A stretch of DNA of 64,000 nucleotides from Candidatus Uhrbacteria bacterium (GTDB taxonomy: Bacteria; Patescibacteriota; Patescibacteriia; UBA9934; GWF2-40-263). The DNA is taken from assembly GCA_037131775.1 (NCBI GenBank), contig JBAXQK010000002.1:23472-87471 (forward strand), given 5' to 3'. Position 1 is the first letter of the stretch, and each line of letters starts with the position of its first letter. The position numbers and the translations under genes are program-made. The notes beneath the pieces are model-generated. The model ran no database searches and was not told the origin of the DNA. It was given only the letters and a program-made list of their open reading frames with translations. This document shows positions 1 through 9,467 of this stretch, piece by piece.

Positions 1-210
1 TCCCCCAAAAGAAAAAGCACCCCGACGTTCGTCGAGGCGCAGCGTGTCAGCCGATCTTTCCGGTGTCGAACGCGGACAGCGCGTACCAGCCCACGAGCCA
101 GGTGGCAAGGCCGACAGGAAGCTCGTCGGGCGGGTCGCCGGACGTTTCCGGGAGGACGCCTCGCTGGAAGTACGGGATCGAGGCGGCCGCGCGGCCGGCG
201 GCGATAGGGG

Positions 211-471
211 TCAATTCTCCGTATCGTCTCGCGACAGCTCCGCCTGCCCATGACGGCGGCGCCGACCGCGAGGCGGGAATTCTGCCAGAGCGGCATCATG
301 ATCCCGAAAGCAGGCCTCGTGCACCGAACCGGCCGAGATCATCCGGACCGGATCCGTGTGAGTGTCGGTGATCGGCTTCCTACAGAGGACGCAGTCTCGG
401 ACCGGCTTCACGGTAGGCCATCCCATCAGGGTTCTCAGATCCGCAGCCATAAACTCTTTAAGGGTCCACAT
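211..471 (-). CDS. small hypothetical protein with CxxC...HxxC putative Zn-binding motif
   Basis: 86-aa ORF; AGGAG Shine-Dalgarno upstream of ATG; CVLC and HEAC motifs. Confidence 0.6.
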   Translation of the reverse strand: MWTLKEFMAADLRTLMGWPTVKPVRDCVLCRKPITDTHTDPVRMISAGSVHEACFRDHDAALAEFPPRGRRRRHGQAELSRDDTEN

Positions 472-606
472 CGTTTCTCTCCTGGCGGATTTCTATCACA
501 AACCATCAAAAATGGCCACAACGCCGTACATTCCCGCTATCCCCAGCCCCCTTGCCACCCTTTTCTCCCCGTGATACTATTTCGTCGTTCGGGAGCAGAT
601 CCTGAT

Positions 607-684
607 GGACCGGTGGTGTAGTCCGGTTAACATGTCTCCCTGTCACGGAGAAGATCGAGGGTTCGAATCCCTTCCGGTCCGCCA
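607..684 (+). tRNA. tRNA-Asp(GTC)
   Basis: Acceptor stem ggaccgg/ccggtcc, anticodon arm tctcc-ctGTCac-ggaga, GTTCGAATCC T-loop, encoded CCA. Confidence 0.97.
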
Positions 685-697
685 GGATCTGCTATCG

Positions 698-735
698 AAA
701 AACGGTCCCGTCTCGCAAGAGGCGGGGCCGTTTTG
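698..735. terminator. bidirectional intrinsic terminator
   Basis: aaaacggtcccgtctc-gcaa-gaggcggggccgtttt hairpin between the convergent tRNA-Asp and ABC permease. Confidence 0.8.
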
Positions 736-741
736 TTTGGA

Positions 742-1974
742 TTACTCGTATCGCAGCGCCTCGATGGCGTCGAGGCGGGCGGCGCGCCTTGCGGGATAAT
801 ACCCGAAGGCAATTCCGGTAATCGTCGCGACGGCGGCGCTGACCGCGACTCCCGAGGGCGGGACGATGAACTGCCAGACCGGGACGAATTGACGGATGAC
901 CACCGACGCCGCGAACGAGCCGCCGATGCCGAGCGCGATGCCAAGGACGCCGCCGAGCAGCGTGAGCATCACGGCCTCGAGGAGGAACTGCTGGAGCACC
1001 TCGGACTGCGTCGCGCCGATGGCCTTCCGAAGCCCGATCTCCCTCGTCCGTTCCGTAACGGATACGAGCATCATGTTCATGATCCCGATTCCGCCCACCA
1101 GGAGCGAGATGGCCGCGATGGACGACAGGAGCGCGGTGAGCGCGAATCCGACCGCGCCAATGATGGCCACGGCGTCGGCCTGACTCGATACGTGGAAGTC
1201 GTCCTTCGACAGGTCCTGCTCCGGGTTGTCGATGTTGTGCGCGTCGCGGAGAATCGCGCGCGCGTCGTCCTTGGCCTGCTCGATGTCGCCCGTCGCCTTC
1301 GCCGCGATGTAATGGACGTAATCGACGCCAAGCAGCTCGCGCTGGCCCGTCGTGACCGGAATATACACGCGCTTGTCGAGGTTCTGGAAGAACTTGCTTC
1401 CCTGCGGGTCGAGCACCCCCACCACGCGCACGGCAAGCCGCTTCACGAGCATGCGCTGTCCGATCGGATCCTGGTCGCCGAACAGGTCGGCGGCGATCTC
1501 GCTCCCAAGCACGGCCACGCGCGCATGGCTTGCCACGTCCTCGGCCTCGACGAACCGTCCCGACGCGACGGTTGCCGGGAACACTTCGAGCTGAAGTTCG
1601 TCGACGCCGGCGATCTCTGTGAACGCGCTGTTCTCCCCCACGGAAACCGCCGTGCTCGTAATCACCACCGATGACGCGTATTCGAACGGACCCTGCGCCA
1701 CGAGCGCCGCCGCGTCCTCGAGCCGAAGCGACTGGTCGGTAAACGGCGACGGCGGGCCTCCCTCATTGCTGCCGCTGCCCGCCTCCACGAACATGACGTC
1801 CGAACCCAGCGCCGACACCTGGTTGAGCACGTACGCCTGCGCCCCCTGCCCGAGCGACAGCATCAAAATGACGGCCGCGATCCCAATGACGATGCCAAGG
1901 ACCGTCAGAAGCGAGCGGGACACGTTCCGGCGCAATGACTCGTACGCGGTCGTCGTGAGGTCAATCAGGCGCAT
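742..1974 (-). CDS. MacB/FtsX-family ABC transporter permease
   Basis: RSLLTVLGIVIGIAAVI N-terminal TM, large extracytoplasmic domain, GGIGIMNMMLVSVTERTREIGLRKAIGA, C-terminal PARRAARLDAIEALRYE. Confidence 0.95.
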   Translation of the reverse strand: MRLIDLTTTAYESLRRNVSRSLLTVLGIVIGIAAVILMLSLGQGAQAYVLNQVSALGSDVMFVEAGSGSNEGGPPSPFTDQSLRLEDAAALVAQGPFEYASSVVITSTAVSVGENSAFTEIAGVDELQLEVFPATVASGRFVEAEDVASHARVAVLGSEIAADLFGDQDPIGQRMLVKRLAVRVVGVLDPQGSKFFQNLDKRVYIPVTTGQRELLGVDYVHYIAAKATGDIEQAKDDARAILRDAHNIDNPEQDLSKDDFHVSSQADAVAIIGAVGFALTALLSSIAAISLLVGGIGIMNMMLVSVTERTREIGLRKAIGATQSEVLQQFLLEAVMLTLLGGVLGIALGIGGSFAASVVIRQFVPVWQFIVPPSGVAVSAAVATITGIAFGYYPARRAARLDAIEALRYE

Positions 1975-1975
1975 A

Positions 1976-2650
1976 TTATAAAATTTTTCCGTCCCGGATT
2001 CGAATCACCCGGTCGCTGAATGCGGCGGCCTCTTCCTCGTGGGTGACCATCACCACGGTACGGCCGTCCTTCTTGCACAGGTCCCGGAGGATGTTCAGTA
2101 CCTGCTCGCTCGACTTCGAGTCGAGGTTTCCGGTCGGCTCGTCCGCGAACAAAACCGTCGGATTGTTTACGAGCGCCCTTGCGATTGCCACGCGCTGCTT
2201 CTGGCCTCCCGACAGCTGGGACGGAAGAAAGTCCTCGCGGTCGGACAGTCCGACGTCGGCGAGCACCGCCTTGGCACGGGCAAGACGGCTCGCCGGCTTG
2301 TCCGTCGTGTACAGCAGCGGCAGCATGACATTTTCGACGGCGGTCAGGCGAGGCAGCAGGTGGAACGCCTGGAACACGAACCCGATCTTTTCCAGGCGAA
2401 GCTTCGCGCACTCCACGTCGGAACGCTTCGTCACGTCGATTCCGTCGAACAGGTATGTCCCGGAGGTCGGCCGGTCGAGCAGGCTCACGATGTGCATGAG
2501 GGTCGATTTTCCCGACCCGCTCGGCCCCATGAGCGACACGAACTCACCCGCGTTCACGACCAGGTCGACGCCATGAAGAACGGGCGTCTCCACGTCGCCG
2601 TTCACATATGTCTTCGTGATGCCGCGTAGTTCTACTTTGGGAAGCGGCAT
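1976..2650 (-). CDS. ABC transporter ATP-binding protein (LolD/MacB-like)
   Basis: Walker A GPSGSGKST, LSGGQKQRVAIARAL, DEPTGNLD, VTH. Confidence 0.96.
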   Translation of the reverse strand: MPLPKVELRGITKTYVNGDVETPVLHGVDLVVNAGEFVSLMGPSGSGKSTLMHIVSLLDRPTSGTYLFDGIDVTKRSDVECAKLRLEKIGFVFQAFHLLPRLTAVENVMLPLLYTTDKPASRLARAKAVLADVGLSDREDFLPSQLSGGQKQRVAIARALVNNPTVLFADEPTGNLDSKSSEQVLNILRDLCKKDGRTVVMVTHEEEAAAFSDRVIRIRDGKIL

Positions 2651-2651
2651 A

Positions 2652-4442
2652 CTAGGGCTTTGACAGGGAAACGACCACCGCCTCGCCCTCTTCCAATCCG
2701 CTCAGAATCTCCGTCCTCCCTCCGTCCGCGTGCAAACCGACCATAACCGTTCGTTCCTCGATCGTCCCGTCCGCGGCTTGGAGCCGGACGTACTTGTAAC
2801 CGTCCTTGGCGAGCACGGAGCGCGACGGCACGGAGATGGCGTCGGCGCGTTCCGCGGCGCGGACCGTCACGTTCGACGACATTCCGGGGCGCACGAGCGA
2901 CAGGTCCTGGCCGGCCGCGAGGGAAACCGTTGCCTCGTAATAGACGACGCCCTCGATGAGCTTCTGGGCAGGATCGATCTTCACGACCGCCCCCTCGAAC
3001 GCACGGGCGTCGCCAAGCGCGTCGAACGTGATGCCGGCCGCATTGCCCACGGAAATCTTGGAAACGTCGGATTCCGGGACGTCCATGGACACCTCGTACG
3101 CGGTGCCGCTCGAAAGCACCGTTATCGCCGTGACGCCGGCCGAGGCGGACTCGCCCGCGTCGAACGCGATCGCGGTCACGATCCCGTCGATGGGCGCGAT
3201 GACCTGCGTCTTTTGGAGGCGGGCGACCGCGCCGGCAAGGTCGGCCTGCGCCGCGGCGATGGAGGCGCGAAGCGAGGCGACGTCCACGTTGCGCGGGGCG
3301 ACGATGAGGCTTGCGAGCGACGCGTTGGCGCGGACGAGGTCGGCGGAGCGGGACGCGACGGCGGAGGCGGCGGTTGCCTCGGCGCGGTCGCGGGTGGCCC
3401 TGGCCGTCGCGAGCGCATTCGTCGAGGACGAGACGTCATCGGTCAGCGCGGCCTGCGCGTCTGCGAGGGACTGCTTCGCGTTCGTCAGCGCGGTGCCATT
3501 GGAGATCAGCGTCGAGAGCGACGAGGCGATGGTCGTCTTGTACGCCTTGGTATCGTCAAGGGAGAAGTCGGCCGAGTCCGAGACGGTCGCGTCAAGCACG
3601 CGCGCGGTCTGCAGCAGCGTCTCGGACGCGTCGCGGTACGACTGCTCGACGAGGACGACGACGGACGATACGGAAGAATCGGTCGAAGCGTCCATCGCGA
3701 GGAAGGCCGCCTCCGCCGCATCACGGCTCCGCGCGGCGACGGCGAACGCGTTCGTCGCGTCGAGCACGGTCTGCGATCCCTCGTTTCCAAGCATGTCCTC
3801 GAACGTCTGATTATAGAGCGTGTTCTCAATCCCAAGGACGGTATCCGCGTCCGCCAGCGCGTGGCGAACCTCCGCGACGGTCGACCGCGCGGACTCGACG
3901 AGATCCTCCCGAGACGACGAAAGCGTCCGCGCCGTGTCCGTCTTCGCCTGAGCCAACGACTGTTCCGCGCTTATCACGGCCGCGTCCTGGACGGCCTTCG
4001 CCTGGAGCTCGTCCGCCTGGGCCGCGGAAAGCGTGGCCTGGGCCACCGCCACGTCAGCCTGGGCCACCGCGACCTGCTCGGACGAAACCCCGGCAAGCTT
4101 CGCGTCGAGCTCGGCCTGCGCCCTCGTCACGGAATCCCGCGCCTGTGCCACCGCGGCCGAGAGATCGTCCGCGTTCAGCGAGGCAAGCGTCTCCCCCGCC
4201 ACGACGGTGTCCCCGACCGCGACCGCGATGGAATCAACCGTTCCCGACGCGTTGAACGCCAGGCTGACGTCGTTGATCGTTTCCACGGTCCCGGTCACCT
4301 CCACGGTCTGCGCGAGCGACCCCTTCTCGACGCGCGCCGTCACGGCCACGGGAATCGGCGCGGGACGCATAACGAGGTACCCGATCGCGCCGGCGACCAA
4401 AAGAATAATGACGAGAAGAACGATGCGGGAGCGTTTGATCAT
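2652..4442 (-). CDS. efflux RND periplasmic adaptor (MacA/HlyD-like) with long coiled coil
   Basis: Start reassigned to MIKRSRIVLLV (TM anchor); lipoyl half-motifs GTVDSIAVAVGDTVVAGETLA and IAPIDGIV; C-terminal EILSGLEEGEAVV. Confidence 0.9.
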   Translation of the reverse strand: MIKRSRIVLLVIILLVAGAIGYLVMRPAPIPVAVTARVEKGSLAQTVEVTGTVETINDVSLAFNASGTVDSIAVAVGDTVVAGETLASLNADDLSAAVAQARDSVTRAQAELDAKLAGVSSEQVAVAQADVAVAQATLSAAQADELQAKAVQDAAVISAEQSLAQAKTDTARTLSSSREDLVESARSTVAEVRHALADADTVLGIENTLYNQTFEDMLGNEGSQTVLDATNAFAVAARSRDAAEAAFLAMDASTDSSVSSVVVLVEQSYRDASETLLQTARVLDATVSDSADFSLDDTKAYKTTIASSLSTLISNGTALTNAKQSLADAQAALTDDVSSSTNALATARATRDRAEATAASAVASRSADLVRANASLASLIVAPRNVDVASLRASIAAAQADLAGAVARLQKTQVIAPIDGIVTAIAFDAGESASAGVTAITVLSSGTAYEVSMDVPESDVSKISVGNAAGITFDALGDARAFEGAVVKIDPAQKLIEGVVYYEATVSLAAGQDLSLVRPGMSSNVTVRAAERADAISVPSRSVLAKDGYKYVRLQAADGTIEERTVMVGLHADGGRTEILSGLEEGEAVVVSLSKP

Positions 4443-4451
4443 ATCGACTGA

Positions 4452-4520
4452 AGTATACGGGAAAACGGGGTTGGAGTCAACGCGGAGGGGGTTGAGAAAT
4501 TGGGAGAGAAGGGGTAGAGT
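4452..4520. promoter_or_regulatory. divergent sigma70-type promoters
   Basis: Minus strand TTGACT(4480-4475)-17-TATACT(4457-4452); plus strand TTGAGA(4492)-17-TAGAGT(4515); each -10 lies 9 nt from an ATG. Confidence 0.65.
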
Positions 4521-4529
4521 GCCGGGGTT

Positions 4530-6302
4530 ATGCGTCCCCTGCTCGAAGCCACCCAACTCCGGAAGCTCTACGGCCGCCAGCATGTGCTCGACGGGGTGTC
4601 TTTTGTCGTGTCGGAGGGCGCGCACATCGGGCTGGTCGGTCGCAACGGAGCCGGAAAGACGACGATGCTGAAGATCCTGGCGGGCGACGAGGAGGCGGAC
4701 TCCGGGACGGTGAAGCTGATGCCGTGGACGCGGCTCGGAGTTTTGCGACAGCATGAGATTCTGCCGGACGACGTGGCGACGCTCGCGTATCTCGCGTCGA
4801 CGAGCAGCCGGCCGGAATGGGACTGCTCGAAGCTTGCGGCGCGGTTCGGGATCAAGGGGAAGGAGCTTTCGCTTCCGCCGGCGTCGCTGTCGGGCGGATA
4901 CCAGATGCGCGTGAAGATCGTCGCGATGCTGTTGCAGAACCCGACACTTCTTTTGCTCGACGAACCGATGAACTATCTCGACCTTCCCACGCTCCTCCTG
5001 CTGGAGTCCTTTTTGCGCGACTATCCCGGCTCGTTCCTGATGACGTCGCACGACCGCGAGGCGATGCAGAACATCTGCACCGAGACGTGGGAGATCGCGA
5101 ACGGCGCGCTCGCCGAGTTCCCGGGCGACCTCGAGACGTACCTCGACTGGAAGGACGAGCAGGCCGAGTACGCGCGCCGCACCAACAAGCGCCTCCGCCG
5201 CGAGATGTCCGACGCCCAGGCGTTCGCCGACCGCTTTCGCGCCAAGGCGTCGCTCGCCTCGCGCGCCCAAAGCAAGCTCCGCCACATCGCCAAGCTTCGC
5301 AACCAGCTGAAGACGGTTGGATCGAACCTCCCCACCGCCGCATTCCGCATCCCCTGCCCGGCCGTCACCTCCGGTCCTGCGGTGCGCTGCGTCGACCTGT
5401 CGATCGGCTACGAGGGATACGCGCCCGTCGCGACCGGGATCAACGTCGAGATCCAGCGCGGGGCGAAGGTGGCGATCGTCGGCGAGAACGGTCGCGGGAA
5501 ATCTACGTTCCTAAAGACGCTCGGCGGGATCCTCGACCCGATCGCCGGCGAGGTCAAGTGGTGGCACCGCGCGAACATCGGGTATTTCTCCCAGCTGTCC
5601 GAGGACACGCTGTCGCCCGACGCGACCGTTCTTCAGGCACTCACCCAGGCCGCCGGCGACGCGTCCGGCGAGCGCATCCTGGCCGCGGCCGGCGCGTTCC
5701 TGTTCCGCAATGACGACCTCGAGAAGACCTGCCGGGTCCTCTCCGGCGGCGAGCGCGCCCGCGTTCGCCTGGCCCGGCTCGTCCTCCGCGAGCACAGCGT
5801 CCTCATCCTCGACGAGCCCACCAACCATCTCGACGCCGAAACCGTCGAAGTCCTCGCCCGCGCCCTCAAGGAATATCCCGGAACGGTCATCCTCGTCTCC
5901 CACGCCCGCACGTTCATGAACGCCATCATCGACACGATCTTCGAGGTTCGCGACGGGATGGTTCGGCATTACATCGGAACATACGAGGAGTATGTGAGCG
6001 ATTTGACGGACAAGGCGGAGGAGACGACGCGGGCGTCCGATAGCGCGACGACCACCCCTGACCCCTCCTGCCTATCAGGAGGGGAAACGTCGAGGAAAGA
6101 GCAGGCCGTCGCGAATCGCGAGAACAAGCGCGTGCAGCTTCGCATCGAGGACAAGATGAAAAAACTCGACCGTGAGAAGAGCGACATCCTGGCGTTCTTC
6201 TTTGAGAACCCGACCGATTATTCACCGGAAAAGAACCGCCGCCTGGCCGAGCTTGAGGAAGAGCTCGCGACCGCCGAGCGCGAGTGGCTGTCACACGTAT
6301 GA
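4530..6302 (+). CDS. ABC-F family ATP-binding protein
   Basis: Two ABC domains (GRNGAGKTT/LSGG/LLLDEP; GENGRGKST/LSGGE/DEPTNHLD), no TM segments, C-terminal coiled coil. Confidence 0.93.
   Translation: MRPLLEATQLRKLYGRQHVLDGVSFVVSEGAHIGLVGRNGAGKTTMLKILAGDEEADSGTVKLMPWTRLGVLRQHEILPDDVATLAYLASTSSRPEWDCSKLAARFGIKGKELSLPPASLSGGYQMRVKIVAMLLQNPTLLLLDEPMNYLDLPTLLLLESFLRDYPGSFLMTSHDREAMQNICTETWEIANGALAEFPGDLETYLDWKDEQAEYARRTNKRLRREMSDAQAFADRFRAKASLASRAQSKLRHIAKLRNQLKTVGSNLPTAAFRIPCPAVTSGPAVRCVDLSIGYEGYAPVATGINVEIQRGAKVAIVGENGRGKSTFLKTLGGILDPIAGEVKWWHRANIGYFSQLSEDTLSPDATVLQALTQAAGDASGERILAAAGAFLFRNDDLEKTCRVLSGGERARVRLARLVLREHSVLILDEPTNHLDAETVEVLARALKEYPGTVILVSHARTFMNAIIDTIFEVRDGMVRHYIGTYEEYVSDLTDKAEETTRASDSATTTPDPSCLSGGETSRKEQAVANRENKRVQLRIEDKMKKLDREKSDILAFFFENPTDYSPEKNRRLAELEEELATAEREWLSHV
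6043..6090 (-). repeat. 48-nt REP-like palindromic element, copy 1 (in-frame in the ABC-F gene)
   Basis: Reverse complement acgtttcccctcctgataggcaggaggggtcaggggtggtcgtcgcgc matches 53021-53068 at 46 of 48 positions. Confidence 0.9.
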
Positions 6303-7573
6303 TGCGAGTCGCGATCATCGGAGGGGGCGCGGCCGGGCTGATGGCCGCCGCGACGCTGCACGAGGACGATCCGTCCGTCGAGATCTTTTTGATTGAGCGC
6401 AACGACGGGCTCGGGAAGAAGGTCATCATCTCCGGTGGCGGGCGGTGCAACGTCACGACGGGCATTCGCGATGTGAAGACCGTCCTCACCAAATACCCGC
6501 GCGGCGGCAAGTTCCTCACCTCCGCCATGTACGCCTTCCCGCCCGAGGCGGTCGAGGCCTGGTTCGAATCGCACGGCGTCCCGCTCAAGACGCAGGCCGA
6601 CCTCCGCGTATTCCCCGTCTCCGACGACGGCCACGACATCGTCCGGGCGTTCGAGGAGCTGTTCGCGCTATCGAACGTCCACATCCTTTTGAAAACTTCC
6701 GCGACCCGCGTTGAGAAGCGCGGCGATGAATTTTTTATCTTTACGAAAGAGTCGCCCGACCCGATCGTCGCGGACCGTCTCGTCCTCACGACAGGCGGTC
6801 AGGCATACCGACACACGGGTTCGACCGGCGACGGCTACGCGTTTGCGACGGCGCTCGGACACACGATCACGCCGCTCGCCCCGAGCCTCAACGCATTCTT
6901 TACGAGCGAGACCTGGCCGAAGGAAATCTCAGGCCTCTCATTCGAGCGCGCGACGATCACCGCACATCGCCGTCCCAACAACCTGACCCCTTCGACCCCC
7001 TTGACCCCCCTGAACCCCTCTTTCACCGGTCCCTTCCTCTTCACCCACAAGGGCGTGAGCGGCCCGGCGGTTTTCGCGCTCTCGTCGATCGTCGCCTTCG
7101 AACCGTACGACGCGGCCAATCCGCTTGAAATCGCCATCGACCTGTTCCCCGACGAGACATCCGACGCCCTTCGATCCCGCGTCGAAACGGTCGCGACGAC
7201 AAACCCGAATAAGCGGTTCGACAACGTCCTCGGCCTCCTCGTTCCCAAGTCCCTGGCCGACATCGTCGTCGACCAGCTTGGAATTTCCAAAACAAAGAGC
7301 GCGAACCAGGTCGCCAAAAAGGACATGGCACGAACGGCCGGATGGCTCAAGTCGATCCCGCTCCACGTGGTCCAGCGCGGCGCCGGCGACGAGTTCGTGA
7401 CCGCGGGCGGGGTCGATCTTTCCGAAGTGGACCCGACCACCATGGAATCGCGCGTTTGCCCCGGATTGTACTTCGCCGGGGAGATTTTGGACGTGGACGG
7501 TTTCACCGGCGGCTTCAACCTCCAGGCGTCATGGGCGGCCGGGCATCTGGTAGGAAAATCGATTGTCCATTGA
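6299..7573 (+). CDS. HI0933/YhiN-family NAD(P)/FAD-dependent oxidoreductase
   Basis: IIGGGAAGLMAA, GKKVIISGGGRCNVT, TGSTGDGY, VTAGGV, GEILDVDGFTGGFNLQ. Confidence 0.93.
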   Translation: MMRVAIIGGGAAGLMAAATLHEDDPSVEIFLIERNDGLGKKVIISGGGRCNVTTGIRDVKTVLTKYPRGGKFLTSAMYAFPPEAVEAWFESHGVPLKTQADLRVFPVSDDGHDIVRAFEELFALSNVHILLKTSATRVEKRGDEFFIFTKESPDPIVADRLVLTTGGQAYRHTGSTGDGYAFATALGHTITPLAPSLNAFFTSETWPKEISGLSFERATITAHRRPNNLTPSTPLTPLNPSFTGPFLFTHKGVSGPAVFALSSIVAFEPYDAANPLEIAIDLFPDETSDALRSRVETVATTNPNKRFDNVLGLLVPKSLADIVVDQLGISKTKSANQVAKKDMARTAGWLKSIPLHVVQRGAGDEFVTAGGVDLSEVDPTTMESRVCPGLYFAGEILDVDGFTGGFNLQASWAAGHLVGKSIVH

Positions 7574-7598
7574 CATTCGGCTCGGCTCGGCCTATTCT
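7570..7598 (+). promoter_or_regulatory. sigma70-type promoter
   Basis: TTGACA-17-TATTCT upstream of ORF 7666. Confidence 0.6.
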
Positions 7599-7665
7599 GT
7601 CGGTGTTCAGAGCATCGTGCCTTGGACATCAGCGCAGACAACCCCCGCTCAATCAGTGAGACTCA

Positions 7666-8037
7666 ATGCCTCAGCCCGCCGTCCTACCCCCCACTCCCGT
7701 CCACCACGCCGGCCCAGCCAAGTCCTTCGAGGACATTCGCCGCGAAAGCAGGCTCCCGATCGTCCTTCAGTTCAAGCGGATCCTCGACGGTGTCGATGGT
7801 CTCAACCCGAAGGCCAGGACGGACATGCTCCGCGAACTCGGCGCCTGGATCGGAGACCTGGGCTCCGAAGCCAACGCCATGGTCCACCGCGCCTTCGTCC
7901 TCGCCGACGCGCTCGGCCTGAACGAAGAGGCGCTGTCCTGGCCGAGCGTCCCCATCCACCACCTCCTCAACTTCGTCCTGCCCGAGCTCGAGGCGCGCAC
8001 TGCCGCCGCCGCGAACGCAAAGGGACCCGCCCACTAG
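7666..8037 (+). CDS. hypothetical protein (123 aa)
   Basis: Host-like codon usage, own promoter, downstream terminator. Confidence 0.7.
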   Translation: MPQPAVLPPTPVHHAGPAKSFEDIRRESRLPIVLQFKRILDGVDGLNPKARTDMLRELGAWIGDLGSEANAMVHRAFVLADALGLNEEALSWPSVPIHHLLNFVLPELEARTAAAANAKGPAH

Positions 8038-8064
8038 CGGATCCCCGGACGAACGTCTCTCCAC

Positions 8065-8091
8065 GCCGTGCTGCTTGCACGGCCTTTTTTT
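8065..8091 (+). terminator. intrinsic terminator
   Basis: gccgtgc-tgctt-gcacggc followed by a T run. Confidence 0.7.
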
Positions 8092-9466
8092 ATCTCGCCA
8101 CCGCCACGTCGAACCCGGCGCCCTTCTCATCCCCCGTGACGACTGCGAGGTGCGCGCCCTTCTTGACCCACTTGCGGGCCCGCAGCTCGGCGATCGCCTT
8201 CTCGGCGAACCCGACGGACGACTTCGACTTCAGCACGAATGCACGGACGCCCCAGCGGATGCCGACCTGCCGCGCCTCGGCTTCCGTGGCGCAGCCAAGG
8301 AACAGCGGAACCTCGGGCCGCGCGATCATGAGCCTCTCCGCCCAGGGGGCGAACGAATGCGACGCGACGATTCCCGAGATGAGATCTCCCGCCACGAACG
8401 CCTTCAGCGTCTCGCTGAGCGCGCCGACTCCGGACCCCGCGATCTCTTCGGCGGCCACGTCGTCGAACTTCGACGCCTCGGTCTCCGCGATGATCTTTGC
8501 CATCGTCGCCACCGCCTGCTTCGGATACTTCCCCGTCGCGGACTCGCCCGAGAGCATCACCGCGTCCGCGTGGTCAATCACCGCGTTCGCAACGTCGGAC
8601 ACCTCGGCGCGCGTCGGCCGCGGGTTGCGGGTCATCGAGTCGAGCATCTGCGTCGCGACGACGACGGGCTTTCCCGCAAGGCGGCACTTCTCAACGATCT
8701 CCTTCTGTCGCAGCGGAACGTCCTCGGCCGGCGTCTCAACCCCGAGATCGCCACGCGCGACCATCACCGCGTCCGTCGCGGCCAGAATCTCGTCGAAGTT
8801 CTCGAGCGCCTCGTGCTTCTCGATCTTGACGATGATCTTCGGGAGTGACTGAGTGATGGAGTGATTGAGTGATGGAGAAGCTGCCGCGATCAGACGACGA
8901 AGCGTCTTCACGTCCTTTGCGGACGTAACGAACGACAGTGCCATCCAATCCACTCCCTGCTGAACACCAAAAATAATATCCTCCTTGTCCTTCGCGGTCA
9001 GCGACGAGACGCGCAAGGTCGAATCCGGGAAGTTCATCCCCTTGTGCGACGTGACCGTCCCGCCGTTCACGACCTTGGCCGTCATGAACCCGGCCTTCCC
9101 GCTCACGTACGACACCTCGATGATCCCGTCGTCGATCATGACTCGGTCGCCCCTCTTCACGTCCTTGTACAGCGCCGAGTACGTCACCGGAAGCGTAACC
9201 GTCTCGCCGTTCCTCAGAACGACTCCGGCGTCCGGCACGACCCCGATCCGAATCTTCGGTCCCTGCAGGTCGCCGAGGATCGCGACCGTCTCGCCCGCCT
9301 TCTTCGCCGTCGCACGAATCGTCCGCACGAGCTTCGCGTGCCCGGCGTGCGTGCCGTGCGAAAAGTTAAGACGCGCGACGTTCATCCCCGACTTGATCAT
9401 CGCGGACAATGTCGCGGGAGTGTCGGACGCCGGGCCGATGGTGCAGACGATCTTTGTGCGCTTCAT
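8090..9466 (-). CDS. pyk: pyruvate kinase
   Basis: [60 protein letters not shown]. Confidence 0.97.
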   Translation of the reverse strand: MKRTKIVCTIGPASDTPATLSAMIKSGMNVARLNFSHGTHAGHAKLVRTIRATAKKAGETVAILGDLQGPKIRIGVVPDAGVVLRNGETVTLPVTYSALYKDVKRGDRVMIDDGIIEVSYVSGKAGFMTAKVVNGGTVTSHKGMNFPDSTLRVSSLTAKDKEDIIFGVQQGVDWMALSFVTSAKDVKTLRRLIAAASPSLNHSITQSLPKIIVKIEKHEALENFDEILAATDAVMVARGDLGVETPAEDVPLRQKEIVEKCRLAGKPVVVATQMLDSMTRNPRPTRAEVSDVANAVIDHADAVMLSGESATGKYPKQAVATMAKIIAETEASKFDDVAAEEIAGSGVGALSETLKAFVAGDLISGIVASHSFAPWAERLMIARPEVPLFLGCATEAEARQVGIRWGVRAFVLKSKSSVGFAEKAIAELRARKWVKKGAHLAVVTGDEKGAGFDVAVAR

Positions 9467-9467
9467 A

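Noticed and set aside
47-214. 55-aa TTG-initiated ORF on the minus strand
   Set aside because: The SD is only 2 nt from the start and there is no motif; too weak to list as a feature
4443-5285. 877-aa version of the efflux adaptor
   Set aside because: The extension is antisense to ABC-F; a promoter and TM anchor support the start at 4442
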